Shown here in pieces: positions 7,389 to 15,391 of a DNA stretch of 16,355 nucleotides; position 1 is the stretch's first letter; every line of letters begins with the position of its first letter. Origin of the DNA: a virus; UHGV virus genome UHGV-1564085; one strand, 5' to 3'. A program made the translations under genes and the position numbers. The notes beneath the pieces were generated by a model, which was not told the origin of the DNA, searched no databases, and was given only the letters and a program-made list of their open reading frames with translations.

Positions 7389-8042
7389 TCAAAAATCCAT
7401 TATTACTTGTTTGACAAGACCAACTATTCTGCAGTTCTCACCGCATTCAATAGTTTTATAGTTAGGATTTAGTGGGACGAGATACCTGTTCGGCCAGTCC
7501 TCAACAAATTTTTTGAGTGTCGCTTCTTGCCCACCATTGATATGGGCAACAACGATTTTTCCGTTAATACACTCTGTATCAATAATATCTGGCTCTACGA
7601 TAACGATAGAACCTTCTGGTATCGATGGTGAGCCGAGGGGATTGGTCATTGAATCACCACGGACCCGTAGTGCAAATGCCATTTCTGATACAAGGGCGGT
7701 AGTATAAACCCACTCTTCAGCATCTTCTTTCCTGACACCAGGCTCCGTCATTGTCCATGAACCCGCCTGAACCCACGAGATGAGGGGGACTTTTTTAACT
7801 GCGAATATTTCAGGTTTTAGATTTATCTTTGGTTCAGGCGAGCCTTTTCCGCTAACAAGCCACAGAGGATCGCATTTAAGTGCGTTGGCTAGGGCTTGAA
7901 GGTTGGCTCCATTTGGTTGGTAGTCGTCCTTTTCCCATCCAGTAACCGTGACACGGTTCACACCAGTCAAATCAGCCAGTGCTTGTTGTGTCAGGTTCAG
8001 TTCTTTTCGCCTTTGGCGAATACGATCACTCATGTTCATCAT
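7389..8042 (-). CDS. CI-like prophage repressor (N-terminal XRE-type HTH, C-terminal S24 LexA-like autopeptidase)
   Basis: ORF track 217 aa; HTH segment LTQQALADLTGVNRVTV; Ala-Gly cleavage context VQAGSW; catalytic GDSM serine and a downstream lysine; divergent from the cro-like gene with operators between. Confidence 0.8.
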   Translation of the reverse strand: MMNMSDRIRQRRKELNLTQQALADLTGVNRVTVTGWEKDDYQPNGANLQALANALKCDPLWLVSGKGSPEPKINLKPEIFAVKKVPLISWVQAGSWTMTEPGVRKEDAEEWVYTTALVSEMAFALRVRGDSMTNPLGSPSIPEGSIVIVEPDIIDTECINGKIVVAHINGGQEATLKKFVEDWPNRYLVPLNPNYKTIECGENCRIVGLVKQVIMDF

Positions 8043-8106
8043 GTAGGCAATCCTACCACATGCCCATGTAGGATTCTTGACATTGGCATGTTGGATATCC
8101 TACATT
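8041..8106. promoter_or_regulatory. OR operator cluster (8041..8058, 8066..8083, 8089..8106) with pR (-35 TTGACA 8077..8082, -10 TACATT 8101..8106)
   Basis: Three related 18-bp sites spaced 25 and 23 bp centre to centre, overlapping pR -10, pR -35 and the cI start respectively, as in lambda OR1-OR3. Confidence 0.6.
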
Positions 8107-8137
8107 TCTGCTTAACGTAATTTAACGGGAGACAGAA

Positions 8138-8335
8138 ATGCGGAAATCCGACGTGATTAATTATTTCGGCGGAGTTTGTAAAACCGCCGAAGCCCTAGGT
8201 ATTAAGCATCCGTCTGTTTCAGAGTGGCCTGAGATTATTCCTGAAGGCCGAGCGTACCAGTTAGAAAAAATTACTAACGGGAAACTGAAAGTTGACGTGT
8301 CTTTATATCAAAAGACTAACAGTGCTGCGGCATAA
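8138..8335 (+). CDS. Cro-like small HTH protein (YdaS-type family)
   Basis: ORF track 65 aa; GGGAGA Shine-Dalgarno 5 nt upstream; first gene downstream of pR; motif YFGG..KTAEALGI...VSEW typical of Cro/YdaS-like proteins. Confidence 0.6.
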   Translation: MRKSDVINYFGGVCKTAEALGIKHPSVSEWPEIIPEGRAYQLEKITNGKLKVDVSLYQKTNSAAA

Positions 8336-8362
8336 AAACACCACAGAAATGAGGAATTAACC

Positions 8363-8947
8363 GTGGGTAAAGAACCTGAATGGAAAGTTGATAAACAACC
8401 AGCATGGCTGGTGGCAGCAATACGAAGAACGATTGCTGATTTACCTCATGGCTATGAGGAAGCAGCAGAAATTCTTGGTTTGTATAAATCTGATGATATC
8501 ACCCCAGCAAAAGATCAATTGCATAACAGACTGCGTAGCGGTGGGGATCAAATTTTTCCACTTGAGTGGGCCATGGTTTTACAGGATGCCAGTGGTACCA
8601 GGCATGTAACAGATGCAATAGCCCGTCGTAGTAATGGGGTGTTTGTGCCGCTGGTGGTCATTGATGACATTGACAATGGTGACATTAATCAGCGGCTGAT
8701 GGAGTCAATAGAATGGATTGGCAAGCATTCCCAGTACTTACGCAAGGCAACTGCTGATGGAGTTATTGACCAGGCTGAGCGTGAGCAAATCGAAGAGAAC
8801 AGCTACCAAGTAATGGCGAAGTGGCAGGAGCATTTAACACTGTTATTTCGTGTTTTTTGTGCGCCGGAAAAGAGTAACGCCCGCGAGTGTGCAGCTCCGG
8901 GCGTCGTGGCGTCGATTGCTTCTGGTTGTGGAGAAACTAACGCATGA
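8363..8947 (+). CDS. CII-like regulator (YdaT-type family)
   Basis: ORF track 194 aa, GTG start with GAGGAA 6 nt upstream; position immediately after cro; family assignment from memory. Confidence 0.5.
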   Translation: MGKEPEWKVDKQPAWLVAAIRRTIADLPHGYEEAAEILGLYKSDDITPAKDQLHNRLRSGGDQIFPLEWAMVLQDASGTRHVTDAIARRSNGVFVPLVVIDDIDNGDINQRLMESIEWIGKHSQYLRKATADGVIDQAEREQIEENSYQVMAKWQEHLTLLFRVFCAPEKSNARECAAPGVVASIASGCGETNA

Positions 8948-9282
8948 ACAGTTTAACAACACACTACCGTCGCTCGCAACTGATTGCACTTCCTGTACCG
9001 GGTGGAAAAGCGAAGGTGGAGTATTGCTATGCAGTGAATGTACCAGGTGACAGGGAAATTGTAACCCACAGCTTTGCAGAGTGGGCTGTGGGTGATTTCA
9101 ACCGGCAGAAGGAGACAGTCCTTTGCGACAAGTTAACCGCTGGTTCAAAGATCACTACGGAGTGCCCGTCAGAGTCATTCGTTGGGAGCCGGAAACACAA
9201 CGGGTTATCTACCTCCGTGAAGGCTATGAACATGAATGCTTCAGTCCGGTCGAACAGTTTCGTCGTAAATTCAGGGAAATAG
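8944..9282 (+). CDS. Hypothetical ORF coupled to the CII-like gene; only the N-terminal ~60 aa look protein-like
   Basis: ATGA overlap with the upstream stop; C-terminal part overlaps the 9123..9335 ORF in another frame and is low-complexity. Confidence 0.3.
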   Translation: MNSLTTHYRRSQLIALPVPGGKAKVEYCYAVNVPGDREIVTHSFAEWAVGDFNRQKETVLCDKLTAGSKITTECPSESFVGSRKHNGLSTSVKAMNMNASVRSNSFVVNSGK

Positions 9283-9335
9283 AGGTCGGTCATGAGCCTG
9301 TTAATGACATCCCAGCCCATTGTGATAAATCGTGA
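9123..9335 (+). CDS. Hypothetical 70-aa protein with TTG start
   Basis: AGGAG (9110..9114) 8 nt upstream of TTG at 9123; frame opens after a stop at 9093..9095; protein-like composition. Confidence 0.35.
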   Translation: MRQVNRWFKDHYGVPVRVIRWEPETQRVIYLREGYEHECFSPVEQFRRKFREIEVGHEPVNDIPAHCDKS

Positions 9336-10284
9336 TCTTGCATGCCGTATTGGTCTGAATGAGGCAATTGTGTTGCAGCAGCTTCATTACTGGCTGAATG
9401 AAACGAATTCAGGCACTGAGCATGGCGGAATTCGCTGGGTTTATAACACGACAGAACAGTGGCTGGAGCAGTTTCCGTTCTGGTCAGAGTCCACTCTGAA
9501 ACGCACATTTGCAAGCCTGAAATCACTTGGGGTTTTGCGTCGCGAGCAACTCAATAAATCGAAGCGTGACATGACCAACTTCTACACGATCAACTATGAA
9601 AGTGAGCTTTTAGAAGAGGTCAAAGTGAACGAATCCATCAGGTCAAAATGCACTTCTCCATCTGGTCAAAGTGACCTGATGGATGGGCGCAAAATGACAC
9701 GATCCATTGGTTCAAAACGACACGCTGTCATCGGGTCAAAATGGCCCAATGATCTTACAGAGAATACAACAGAGATTACTACAGAGAATAAAACCTCTTC
9801 TCGTCCGGACGCTTCGCAACCGGACACGCAAACGGCTGAACAGGAGTTTTTAACTCGCCATCCTGATGCGGTTGTATTCAGCCCTAAAAAGCGCCAGTGG
9901 GGAACGCAGGATGATTTGACCTGCGCACAGTGGCTCTGGAAAAAAATCATCGCCCTGTACGAGCAAGCCGCCGAATGTGACGGCGAGGTGGTTCGTCCCA
10001 AAGAACCGAACTGGACAGCCTGGGCAAACGAAATTCGCCTGATGTGTGTGCAGGATGGTCGTACTCACAAACAAATCTGCGAGATGTACAGCCGCGTCAG
10101 CCGCGATCCGTTCTGGTGCCGTAACGTGCTCAGCCCGTCGAAGCTGCGGGAAAAATGGGATGAGCTTTCCCTGCGCTTATCGCCGTCCGTAAGCACGTAC
10201 ACCGAAAAACGCGAAGACCCGTACTTCAAATCCAGTTACGACAACGTGGACTACAGCCAGATCCCGGCAGGATTCAGGGGGTGA
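9292..10284 (+). CDS. Replication initiation protein, lambda O-like organiser with an internal origin and a DnaT-like C-terminal region
   Basis: ORF track 330 aa; N-terminal HTH-like segment; iterons and an AT-rich tract inside the gene (9616..9800), as for lambda ori within O. Confidence 0.6.
   Translation: MSLLMTSQPIVINRDLACRIGLNEAIVLQQLHYWLNETNSGTEHGGIRWVYNTTEQWLEQFPFWSESTLKRTFASLKSLGVLRREQLNKSKRDMTNFYTINYESELLEEVKVNESIRSKCTSPSGQSDLMDGRKMTRSIGSKRHAVIGSKWPNDLTENTTEITTENKTSSRPDASQPDTQTAEQEFLTRHPDAVVFSPKKRQWGTQDDLTCAQWLWKKIIALYEQAAECDGEVVRPKEPNWTAWANEIRLMCVQDGRTHKQICEMYSRVSRDPFWCRNVLSPSKLREKWDELSLRLSPSVSTYTEKREDPYFKSSYDNVDYSQIPAGFRG
9616..9800. repeat. Putative phage origin: about six iterons of GGTCAAA(A/G)TG at ~23-bp period (9618, 9641, 9664, degenerate 9687, 9710, 9734) followed by an AT-rich tract with ACAGAGA repeats
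   Basis: Direct repeats read from the sequence inside the O-like gene. Confidence 0.6.
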
Positions 10285-10775
10285 TCATGAGTCTGTTAAA
10301 TGACGTTCAGAAATTCATTGAAGCCCATCCGGGGTGTACTTCCGGAGACATTGCGGATGCTTTTGCAGGTTACTCACGGCAGCGCGTTCTGCAGTCAGCA
10401 AGCAAGTTACGTCAGAGTGGGCGTGTGGCTCACCGTTGTGAAGGAGATACACGCAGACATTTCCCACGCCTGACTGAGAGAGCGCAGGAGCCGGAACCAC
10501 AACCAGTTCGTGAAACCAGACCTGTGCGCAATTTCTATGTCGGCACTAACGATCCCCGGGTGATTTTGTGCCTGACCCGCCAGGCGGAAGAATTGGAGTC
10601 CAGGGGCTTATACCGTCGTGCTGCAACGGTGTGGATGGCGGCATTCCGTGAAAGCCACTCCCAGCCAGAACGAAACAATTTTCTGGCGCGTCGTGAGCAG
10701 TGTTTACGGAAAAGCAGCAAGCGCGCTGTATCGGGTGATGAGTGGTATCTGTCAGGGAATTACGTGGGGGCTTAA
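10281..10775 (+). CDS. Hypothetical protein with a C-terminal PerC-like motif (LESRGLYRRAATVWMAA)
   Basis: ORF track 164 aa; start overlaps the O-like stop; motif resembles the PerC/Pch family as I recall it. Confidence 0.4.
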   Translation: MIMSLLNDVQKFIEAHPGCTSGDIADAFAGYSRQRVLQSASKLRQSGRVAHRCEGDTRRHFPRLTERAQEPEPQPVRETRPVRNFYVGTNDPRVILCLTRQAEELESRGLYRRAATVWMAAFRESHSQPERNNFLARREQCLRKSSKRAVSGDEWYLSGNYVGA

Positions 10776-11428
10776 TGAGTAATAAATATTGCCAGGAGCT
10801 GGTGGAACTGCGGAACAAACCAGCCCATGAACTGAAGGAAGTGGGTGATCAGTGGCGCACGCCGGACAACATTTTCTGGGGAATTAACACCCTGTTTGGC
10901 CCGTTTGTTCTGGATCTGTTCACTGACGGTGATAACGCCAAATGTGCTGCGTATTACACGGCGGAAGACAACGCGCTGGCGCATGACTGGTCAGAACGTC
11001 TTGCGGAGCTTAAAGGGGCTGCCTTTGGTAATCCCCCATACAGCCGCGCCAGTCAGCATGAGGGGCAATACATCACCGGCATGCGTTACATCATGAAACA
11101 TGCCAGTGCCATGCGTGATAAGGGTGGGCGCTATGTTTTCCTGATCAAAGCTGCCACCAGCGAAGTGTGGTGGCCGGAAGATGCGGACCATATTGCTTTT
11201 ATTCGCGGGCGTATTGGTTTTGAACTGCCTGCCTGGTTTATCCCGAAGGATGAGAAGCAGGTGCCGACAGGCGCTTTCTTCGCTGGTGCTATTGCTGTTT
11301 TCGATAAGACCTGGAAGGGACCGGCAATCAGCTACATCGGGCGCGATGAACTTGAGGCATGTGGTGAGGCGTTTCTGGCGCAGGTTCGCCAGCAGGCGGA
11401 AAAACTGGTCAGGGAGATGGCGGCATGA
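10775..11428 (+). CDS. Phage Dam-family DNA N6-adenine methyltransferase
   Basis: NPPY catalytic motif (GNPPYSR); the ATG at 10775 overlaps the upstream TAA and follows a G-rich Shine-Dalgarno (track ORF starts earlier at 10742). Confidence 0.65.
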   Translation: MSNKYCQELVELRNKPAHELKEVGDQWRTPDNIFWGINTLFGPFVLDLFTDGDNAKCAAYYTAEDNALAHDWSERLAELKGAAFGNPPYSRASQHEGQYITGMRYIMKHASAMRDKGGRYVFLIKAATSEVWWPEDADHIAFIRGRIGFELPAWFIPKDEKQVPTGAFFAGAIAVFDKTWKGPAISYIGRDELEACGEAFLAQVRQQAEKLVREMAA

Positions 11429-11751
11429 CGACGTTAACTCAATGCCAGCAGCAGGTGCTGGATATGCTGATTTCTTATCAGAAAGAACGTGGTTTCCCGC
11501 CAACCAATCAGGAGGTGGCAACCATGCTGGGATACCGTTCAGTGAATGCAGCGGTGGAGCATCTTCGCGCACTGGAGAAAAAAGGCGTCATCACGATAAA
11601 GCGTGGTGTGGCCCGGGGGATAACGCTTCATACCGCGGTGAAGGACGACGACAGCGAGGCAGTCGGGATTATCCGCGCACTGCTTGCCGGTGAGGAAAAC
11701 GCAAGGCTGCGTGCAACCCACTGGTTACATGAGAGGGACCTGAAAGTATGA
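11425..11751 (+). CDS. LexA N-terminal DNA-binding-domain homologue lacking the S24 peptidase domain
   Basis: MTTLTQCQQQVLDMLISYQKERGFPPTNQEVATMLGYRSVNAAVEHLRALEKKGVI closely parallels the E. coli LexA N-terminus (as I recall it); only 108 aa with no Ala-Gly site or Ser/Lys dyad. Confidence 0.6.
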   Translation: MTTLTQCQQQVLDMLISYQKERGFPPTNQEVATMLGYRSVNAAVEHLRALEKKGVITIKRGVARGITLHTAVKDDDSEAVGIIRALLAGEENARLRATHWLHERDLKV

Positions 11752-12137
11752 AGCTGATCCTGCCTTTTCCGCCCAGCGTGAACACGTACTGGCGACACCC
11801 CAACAAAGGGGCGTTTGCTGGTAAGAGCCTGATAAGCGCGGCGGGGCGAAAATTCCAGAGCGCGGCGTGCGCAGCAATAGTTGAGCAGTTACGTCGTCTG
11901 CCGAAACCAACGTCGGCACCTGCTTCAGTGGAGATCGTGTTGTTTCCTCCGGATAACCGGATCCGCGATCTGGACAACTATAACAAGGCGCTGTTTGACG
12001 CCCTGACCCACGCGGGTGTGTGGGAAGACGACAGTCAGGTGAAAAGAATGCTGGTGGAGTGGGGACCGGTTATCCCGGAAGGGAAGGTCGAGATCACTAT
12101 CAGTAAGTACGAGAAAACGGCGGGTGCAGCCGCCTGA
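11748..12137 (+). CDS. rusA: RusA Holliday junction resolvase
   Basis: ORF track 129 aa; RusA-type N-terminus (LPFPPSVNTYWRH) and catalytic Asp cluster (RIRDLDNYNKALFDALT); ATGA overlap with the upstream gene. Confidence 0.8.
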   Translation: MKLILPFPPSVNTYWRHPNKGAFAGKSLISAAGRKFQSAACAAIVEQLRRLPKPTSAPASVEIVLFPPDNRIRDLDNYNKALFDALTHAGVWEDDSQVKRMLVEWGPVIPEGKVEITISKYEKTAGAAA

Positions 12138-12156
12138 TCAAGAGGAGAAACGAAGT

Positions 12157-12966
12157 ATGAATAATCTGATGGTCATTGATGGTATTGAAGTTCGTCGTGA
12201 TGCTTATGGGCGTTACAGCCTGAACGATCTGCATCGCGCAGCAGTAGCATCTGGTGCAAATGCCAGAACCAAGGAGCCGGGGAAGTTTCTTTCCAGCCAA
12301 CAAACTGTTGAGCTTGTTCATGAATTGACCAACACCCAGAATTTGGGTGTTGACCCGGTGAGTGTGATTCATGGGGGAAATGAACGGGGAACTTATGTCT
12401 GCAAGGAACTGGTGTATGCCTATGCAATGTGGATCAGCCCGTCATTCCATCTGAAGGTGATCCGTACTTTCGATATGGTAACCAGCGCACCGGAAAAATT
12501 ATCCGGGCAGGCTGCTGACAAGATGCAGGCTGGTGTGATTCTGCTGGACTTTATGCGCCGGGAGTTAAACCTGTCTAACTCTTCAGTGCTTGGTGCCTGT
12601 CAGAAACTCCAGGAGGCTGTTGGCTTACCGAATCTGGCACCGCGCTATGCCATTGATGCTCCTGCTGATGCACACGATGGCTCAAGTCGCCCGACACTGT
12701 CACTGAGTGCACTGCTGAAACAGTATGGTATCCGCCTGACGGCTAATCAGGCATATCACCAGATGGTGAAGCTGGGGATCGTCGAGCAGCGCGAACGATA
12801 CAGCCGTACCGCGATTAACAACATCAAAAAATTCTGGTCGCTGACAGCGAAAGGCTGCATGTTCGGCAAGAACATCACCAGTCCCGCAAATCCGCGCGAG
12901 ACGCAGCCGCACTTCTTCGAATCCCGATTCCCTGAGCTGTTAAAGCTGCTCGATACCGTTCATTGA
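12157..12966 (+). CDS. KilA-N domain protein (antirepressor or Bro-like)
   Basis: The ATG at 12157 has AGAGGAG upstream (track ORF starts at 12124); N-terminal region looks like a KilA-N fold from memory. Confidence 0.5.
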   Translation: MNNLMVIDGIEVRRDAYGRYSLNDLHRAAVASGANARTKEPGKFLSSQQTVELVHELTNTQNLGVDPVSVIHGGNERGTYVCKELVYAYAMWISPSFHLKVIRTFDMVTSAPEKLSGQAADKMQAGVILLDFMRRELNLSNSSVLGACQKLQEAVGLPNLAPRYAIDAPADAHDGSSRPTLSLSALLKQYGIRLTANQAYHQMVKLGIVEQRERYSRTAINNIKKFWSLTAKGCMFGKNITSPANPRETQPHFFESRFPELLKLLDTVH

Positions 12967-12967
12967 G

Positions 12968-13963
12968 GTGACTGTGAGAGCACTACTGACCCCTGAAATT
13001 GCCCCGCGTATGGGGATCGTATTGTTCAGACCAGGTTCAGAGCTGATGCCCCTGTTTATGCAGGGGCGTGTCCTGCTGGAGCCTGAGCCGGAACGTTATT
13101 CATCTTTCGCCAGTGGTGCCGTTCCGGCGGCATCACAACCACTGGCGGATGATCCTGCCATTCGGGCCGTGTTCCGCAATGAGGCTGTGATCCGTCGTGC
13201 TGGTGGCGTGGAATGTCTTGAAAGCTGGTTACTTCGTGAAAAAGGCTGCCAGTGGCCTCATTCCGACTGGCACAGCGAGAACATGACCACAATGCGACAC
13301 GCGCCTGGCGCAATCCGTCTGTGCTGGCACTGTGATAACCAGCTGCGCGAGCAGTTCACGGAACGGCTGGAATCAATGGCAACGGATAACTGTGCCCGCT
13401 GGGTGTTATCTGTTGTGCGCCGTGATCTCGGTTTTGATGATAGTCACGTTGTGACAATGCCGGAACTGTGCTGGTGGCTGGTTCGTAATGACCTGGCTGA
13501 TGCCTTACCGGAAAGTGCAGCCCGTAAGGCACTGAGATTACCGAAGCCTGTTGTGCCGTCTGTCACCCGGGAAAGTGACCTTGTGCCTTCGGTTCCTGCC
13601 ACCAGCATCATCCAGGATAAGGCGAAAAAGGTGCTGGCGCTGAAAGTGGATCCGGAGTCGCCGGAGTCTTTTATGTTACGCCCAAAACGTCGCCGCTGGG
13701 TTAATGAAAAGTACACGCGCTGGGTTAAGACACAGCCGTGTGCATGTTGTGGAAAGCCTGCTGATGATCCCCATCACCTGATAGGCCACGGTCAGGGTGG
13801 AATGGGTACAAAAGCGCATGACCTCTTTGTGTTGCCTTTGTGCAGAAAGCATCACGACGAGCTGCATGCGGATACCGTGGCATTTGAAGAGATGTATGGT
13901 TCCCAGCTGGAGCTGATATTTCGTTTTATCGATCGTGCGCTGGCAATAGGCGTACTGGCGTAA
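12968..13963 (+). CDS. DUF968-like nin-region protein with a C-terminal Cys/His (HNH-like) motif
   Basis: ORF track 331 aa, GTG start (exact start uncertain); C-terminal CACCGKP...HHLIGHG...CRKHHDELH. Confidence 0.5.
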   Translation: MTVRALLTPEIAPRMGIVLFRPGSELMPLFMQGRVLLEPEPERYSSFASGAVPAASQPLADDPAIRAVFRNEAVIRRAGGVECLESWLLREKGCQWPHSDWHSENMTTMRHAPGAIRLCWHCDNQLREQFTERLESMATDNCARWVLSVVRRDLGFDDSHVVTMPELCWWLVRNDLADALPESAARKALRLPKPVVPSVTRESDLVPSVPATSIIQDKAKKVLALKVDPESPESFMLRPKRRRWVNEKYTRWVKTQPCACCGKPADDPHHLIGHGQGGMGTKAHDLFVLPLCRKHHDELHADTVAFEEMYGSQLELIFRFIDRALAIGVLA

Positions 13964-13976
13964 GTGGAGAACGAGC

Positions 13977-14729
13977 ATGAACCTTGAAGCCTTACCAAAA
14001 TATTACTCCCCAAAATCTCCAAAATTGAGCGATGACGCACCGGCGACAGGCTCAGGTGGTTTAACGATTACGGATGTGATGGCTGCGCAGGGGATGGTGC
14101 AGTCGAAAGCACCGCTTGGGTTTGCCTTATTCCTGGCAAAAGTTGGTGTTCAGGATCCTCAATTTGCGATTGAAGGTCTGCTCAATTACGCGATGGCACT
14201 GGATAACCCGACATTGAACAAATTGAGTGAAGAAACCCGGTTACAGATCATCCCTTACCTTGTGAATTTTGCCTTTGCTGATTATTCCAGGTCTGCGGCA
14301 AGTAAGGCTCGCTGTGAGCATTGTGCTGGTACTGGATTTCATAATGTATTGCGCGAAGTGGTGAAACACTCCAGAAGCGGGGAATCTGTTATCAAGGAAG
14401 AGTGGGTGAAGGAACTATGTCAGCATTGTCATGGTAAGGGAGAAGTCAGCACAGCGTGCAGAGGGTGTAAGGGTAAAGGTATTGTCCTGGATGAAAAAAG
14501 GACCCGGCTTCATGGCACGCCTGTTTATAAGATTTGTGGGCGTTGCAATGGAAATCGGTTTAGCCGTTTACCAACCACACTGGCGCGGCATCATGTCCAG
14601 AAGCTGGTACCAGACCTGACGGATTATCAGTGGTACAAAGGATATGCAGATGTCATTGATAAACTGGTGACAAAGTGCTGGCAGGAAGAAGCATATGCTG
14701 AGGCGCAATTAAGAAAAGTGACGAGATAA
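13977..14729 (+). CDS. Q: Late antiterminator, lambda Q family (longer than lambda Q)
   Basis: Shared motifs with lambda Q as I recall it: SPKSP, TDVMAA, ADYSRSAA, C..C.GTG zinc motif, CGRC.G; lies directly upstream of a pR'-like promoter and the lysis genes. Confidence 0.65.
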   Translation: MNLEALPKYYSPKSPKLSDDAPATGSGGLTITDVMAAQGMVQSKAPLGFALFLAKVGVQDPQFAIEGLLNYAMALDNPTLNKLSEETRLQIIPYLVNFAFADYSRSAASKARCEHCAGTGFHNVLREVVKHSRSGESVIKEEWVKELCQHCHGKGEVSTACRGCKGKGIVLDEKRTRLHGTPVYKICGRCNGNRFSRLPTTLARHHVQKLVPDLTDYQWYKGYADVIDKLVTKCWQEEAYAEAQLRKVTR

Positions 14730-14760
14730 ATGATTTTCGCCGAAGATGGCGACATGATTC

Positions 14761-14789
14761 TTGCATTTTTCAAAAAATTTGGTTAGGAT
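14761..14789 (+). promoter_or_regulatory. pR'-like late promoter with Q-utilisation region
   Basis: TTGCAT (14761..14766), 17-bp spacer, TAGGAT (14784..14789); downstream AACGATGGG matches the start of the lambda pR' transcript as I remember it. Confidence 0.5.
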
Positions 14790-14836
14790 TCTCCTAACGA
14801 TGGGCTTTGTGTGTCTACCGTTGATAATCTTCAAGA

Positions 14837-14858
14837 AACCGCCACCGAGCGGTTTTTT
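14837..14858 (+). terminator. tR'-like intrinsic terminator ending a ~60-nt leader RNA from pR'
   Basis: aaccgc (14837..14842), 6-nt loop, gcggtt (14849..14854), T-run 14853..14858. Confidence 0.6.
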
Positions 14859-15017
14859 ATTGATGTCAATTGTGTTTTTAAGGCTCTCCTTCCTTAAAGT
14901 GTGTTGTACAAAAAACTGGCAGCCAGCTACGCTCATTTTGAAAAAGTGACACCCTTCAATGTTTCTTTTGAATGGAATTGCTACCCATAAATCTCTATCA
15001 AAAACAGGAGAGCATAT

Positions 15018-15260
15018 ATGGTGGATCGTTGTTCTGTTTGTGAGCAGTCATTAAGTTATTCACGAGAAGTTGAACAAGATGGCGTTGAATATAAATCTTG
15101 CCCAAAATGTTCTGCTGATGCCGGAGTGCACGTTTTTTATAAAACAATAGACTTTGGTTATAGGGATATGGGAGACGGAAGGCATATCGTTCAGTCATGG
15201 TGTCCGGCTTGTCGTTCTGGTGAAAAACCTTCTATACCACCAGCATTTAAATGTTGTTAA
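15018..15260 (+). CDS. Small Cys-rich putative zinc-ribbon protein (80 aa); late-region moron between Q and the lysis genes
   Basis: ORF track; CAGGAGAG Shine-Dalgarno upstream; Cys pairs C5/C8, C28/C31, C62/C65 and terminal CC; flanked by terminators. Confidence 0.5.
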   Translation: MVDRCSVCEQSLSYSREVEQDGVEYKSCPKCSADAGVHVFYKTIDFGYRDMGDGRHIVQSWCPACRSGEKPSIPPAFKCC

Positions 15261-15279
15261 CTCAATGAATTATAAAAAG

Positions 15280-15304
15280 AGGCTGCCTGTGGGCGGCCTT
15301 TTTT
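15280..15304 (+). terminator. Rho-independent terminator after the Cys-rich moron
   Basis: aggctgcc (15280..15287), loop tgtg, ggcggcct (15292..15299, one mismatch), T-run 15299..15304. Confidence 0.55.
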
Positions 15305-15391
15305 GTGCACTACGCAACTTTTGCGACTCAGCGCTATAACCAGCTTCTTTCCCTTCACTCGTTGCACTTCCGATAACCGGAGGTGGGAATT

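Noticed and set aside
9666-12427. Antisense and alternate-frame ORFs across the replication/nin operon (for example 9666..10001, 10546..10818, 10991..11572, 11181..11693, 11669..11977, 12173..12427)
   Set aside because: They overlap the continuous chain of plus-strand genes that share start/stop overlaps; several are Arg/Pro-rich as expected from GC-rich antisense frames.
14709-14949. ORFs 14709..14936 (minus) and 14761..14949 (plus) downstream of Q
   Set aside because: They span the pR'-like promoter, conserved initial transcribed sequence and terminator; better explained as regulatory DNA.
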